A stretch of DNA of 63,966 nt, counting the filler, from Octopus bimaculoides (lineage: Eukaryota), in NCBI RefSeq assembly GCF_001194135.2. It is 6 parts of 5 records of this genome, joined end to end, with 100 filler letters (N's around TTAATTAATTAA, not from the genome) between each part and the next. Parts side by side here need not be neighbours in the genome. Positions count along the whole stretch, not along the records: positions 61,531 to 63,966 come from NW_026394037.1; 5 more parts are not named here. The stretch is one strand, 5' to 3'. The position numbers and the translations under genes are program-made. How positions within the stretch are numbered: the stretch's first letter is position 1; each line of letters opens with the position of its first letter. Positions 62,955 through 63,966 of this stretch are shown piece after piece. The notes below the pieces were generated by a model, which did no database searches, had not been told where the DNA came from, and was given only the letters and a program-made list of their open reading frames with translations.

Positions 62955-63145
62955 GTAGGGATAGGCGCAAGCGTGGCTGAATGGTAAGACGTTTGCTTCC
63001 CAACCGCATATTTCAAGGTTTGAATCCCACTGTGTGGCACCTTGAGCAAATGCTTTCTAATATTATCCCCAGGCTGACCAAGGCTTTGTGAGTGGAATTG
63101 GTAGACGGAAGTTGAAACGTGCCGGTCGTGTATGATTACAGGTAA
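62955..63145 (+). mobile_element. SINE family A 5' half
   Basis: aggcgcaagcgtggctgaatggtaagac...gtgagtggaattggtagacggaag. Confidence 0.8.
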
Positions 63146-63966
63146 GTNNNNNNNNNNNNNNNNNNNNNNNNNNNNNNNNNNNNNNNCACATCAATTCACC
63201 GCAGGGAACGTCCACCGTCATCCGTTGACCTCAAGGAAAGTTCAGTCTTCAATTCACCACAGGGAATGTTCACTGCCATCATGTCACGGTCTTCAATTCA
63301 CCGCAGGCAAACTTCACCGTCATCAATTCAACGTGAAGGAATATGTGAGGGAATTAACTGATCGTCCTGTATTTGCTTTTACCCAAAGCCAGGAACATTG
63401 TGGCACTACCGTTTAAGCTCCCCCAATTCAAATTCGCACCAATGAATAATAGAATTGGATGGAAACAGAGAATCATGGGAATCACCGAAAGCTTCACGAC
63501 GGACGACTGCACGATGTAGATAAAGGGAGTAGGCTGAAAAAAAAGAGGGTAAATGACGTCGTCTCCTCATACTGACATTCTGGGGACCAATACCGAAGGA
63601 TCGCCCATTTGAGTAATGTATTATTAATGTTATTTAATGAATATGAAATGCTCGGGTAACCCACGTGGTTACACGCGGAGGAGATCCAGAGAGAAAACGG
63701 GGTTGGCTGGTGTGTGTGTGCGTGTGTATATGTGTGTGTGTATATGTGTGAGTAACAATAACTATATATATACATGCTTGTAAACATATCCACGTATGTA
63801 TTTATTACGTTTGTATATATGTGTGAATGTGTATGTATATATGTGTGGATGTGGATGTATTATGTATGCATTTACGTAAGGAAGTTTGTGTGAATGTTTA
63901 TATGTAAGTATAAATATATATGCACACATATCCGCATGTATACAGATATATATATATATATATATA

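Overview
AT-rich, microsatellite-dense animal DNA. Its SINE repertoire is most consistent with an octopod cephalopod genome; this is inferred from repeat style, not from a database search. The window is a mosaic of at least six assembly pieces joined by artificial 100-bp linkers (44 N + TTAATTAATTAA + 44 N), so order and orientation across those joins is uncertain. It contains no rRNA, true tRNA, CRISPR array or recognisable intact gene, and most ORF-track entries are microsatellite or N-gap artefacts. Most informative sequence is decayed transposons: several tRNA-head SINE families, Penelope-like elements (RT and GIY-YIG), R4/Dong-like RLE LINEs sitting in (TAA)n, RTE, CR1-like and Tx1/L1-like LINEs, a Ty3/gypsy gag relic, Tc1/mariner relics, TTAA-flanked MITEs and non-autonomous Helitrons. 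Main things found by eye: (1) a near-canonical minimal type I hammerhead ribozyme at 4977-5021, plus several decayed hammerhead relics, some next to Penelope 3' ends; (2) a CpG-depleted domain at about 35.1-47.5 kb containing a phase-compatible chain of minus-strand exons of an unrecognised gene, with one in-frame TGA; (3) a stack of different (TAA)n-associated retroelements at 42.9-45.1 kb, including a ~450-bp non-coding element also present at 10.6 kb; (4) several rearrangement scars. Repeat boundaries are approximate (tens of bp) unless termini are quoted.
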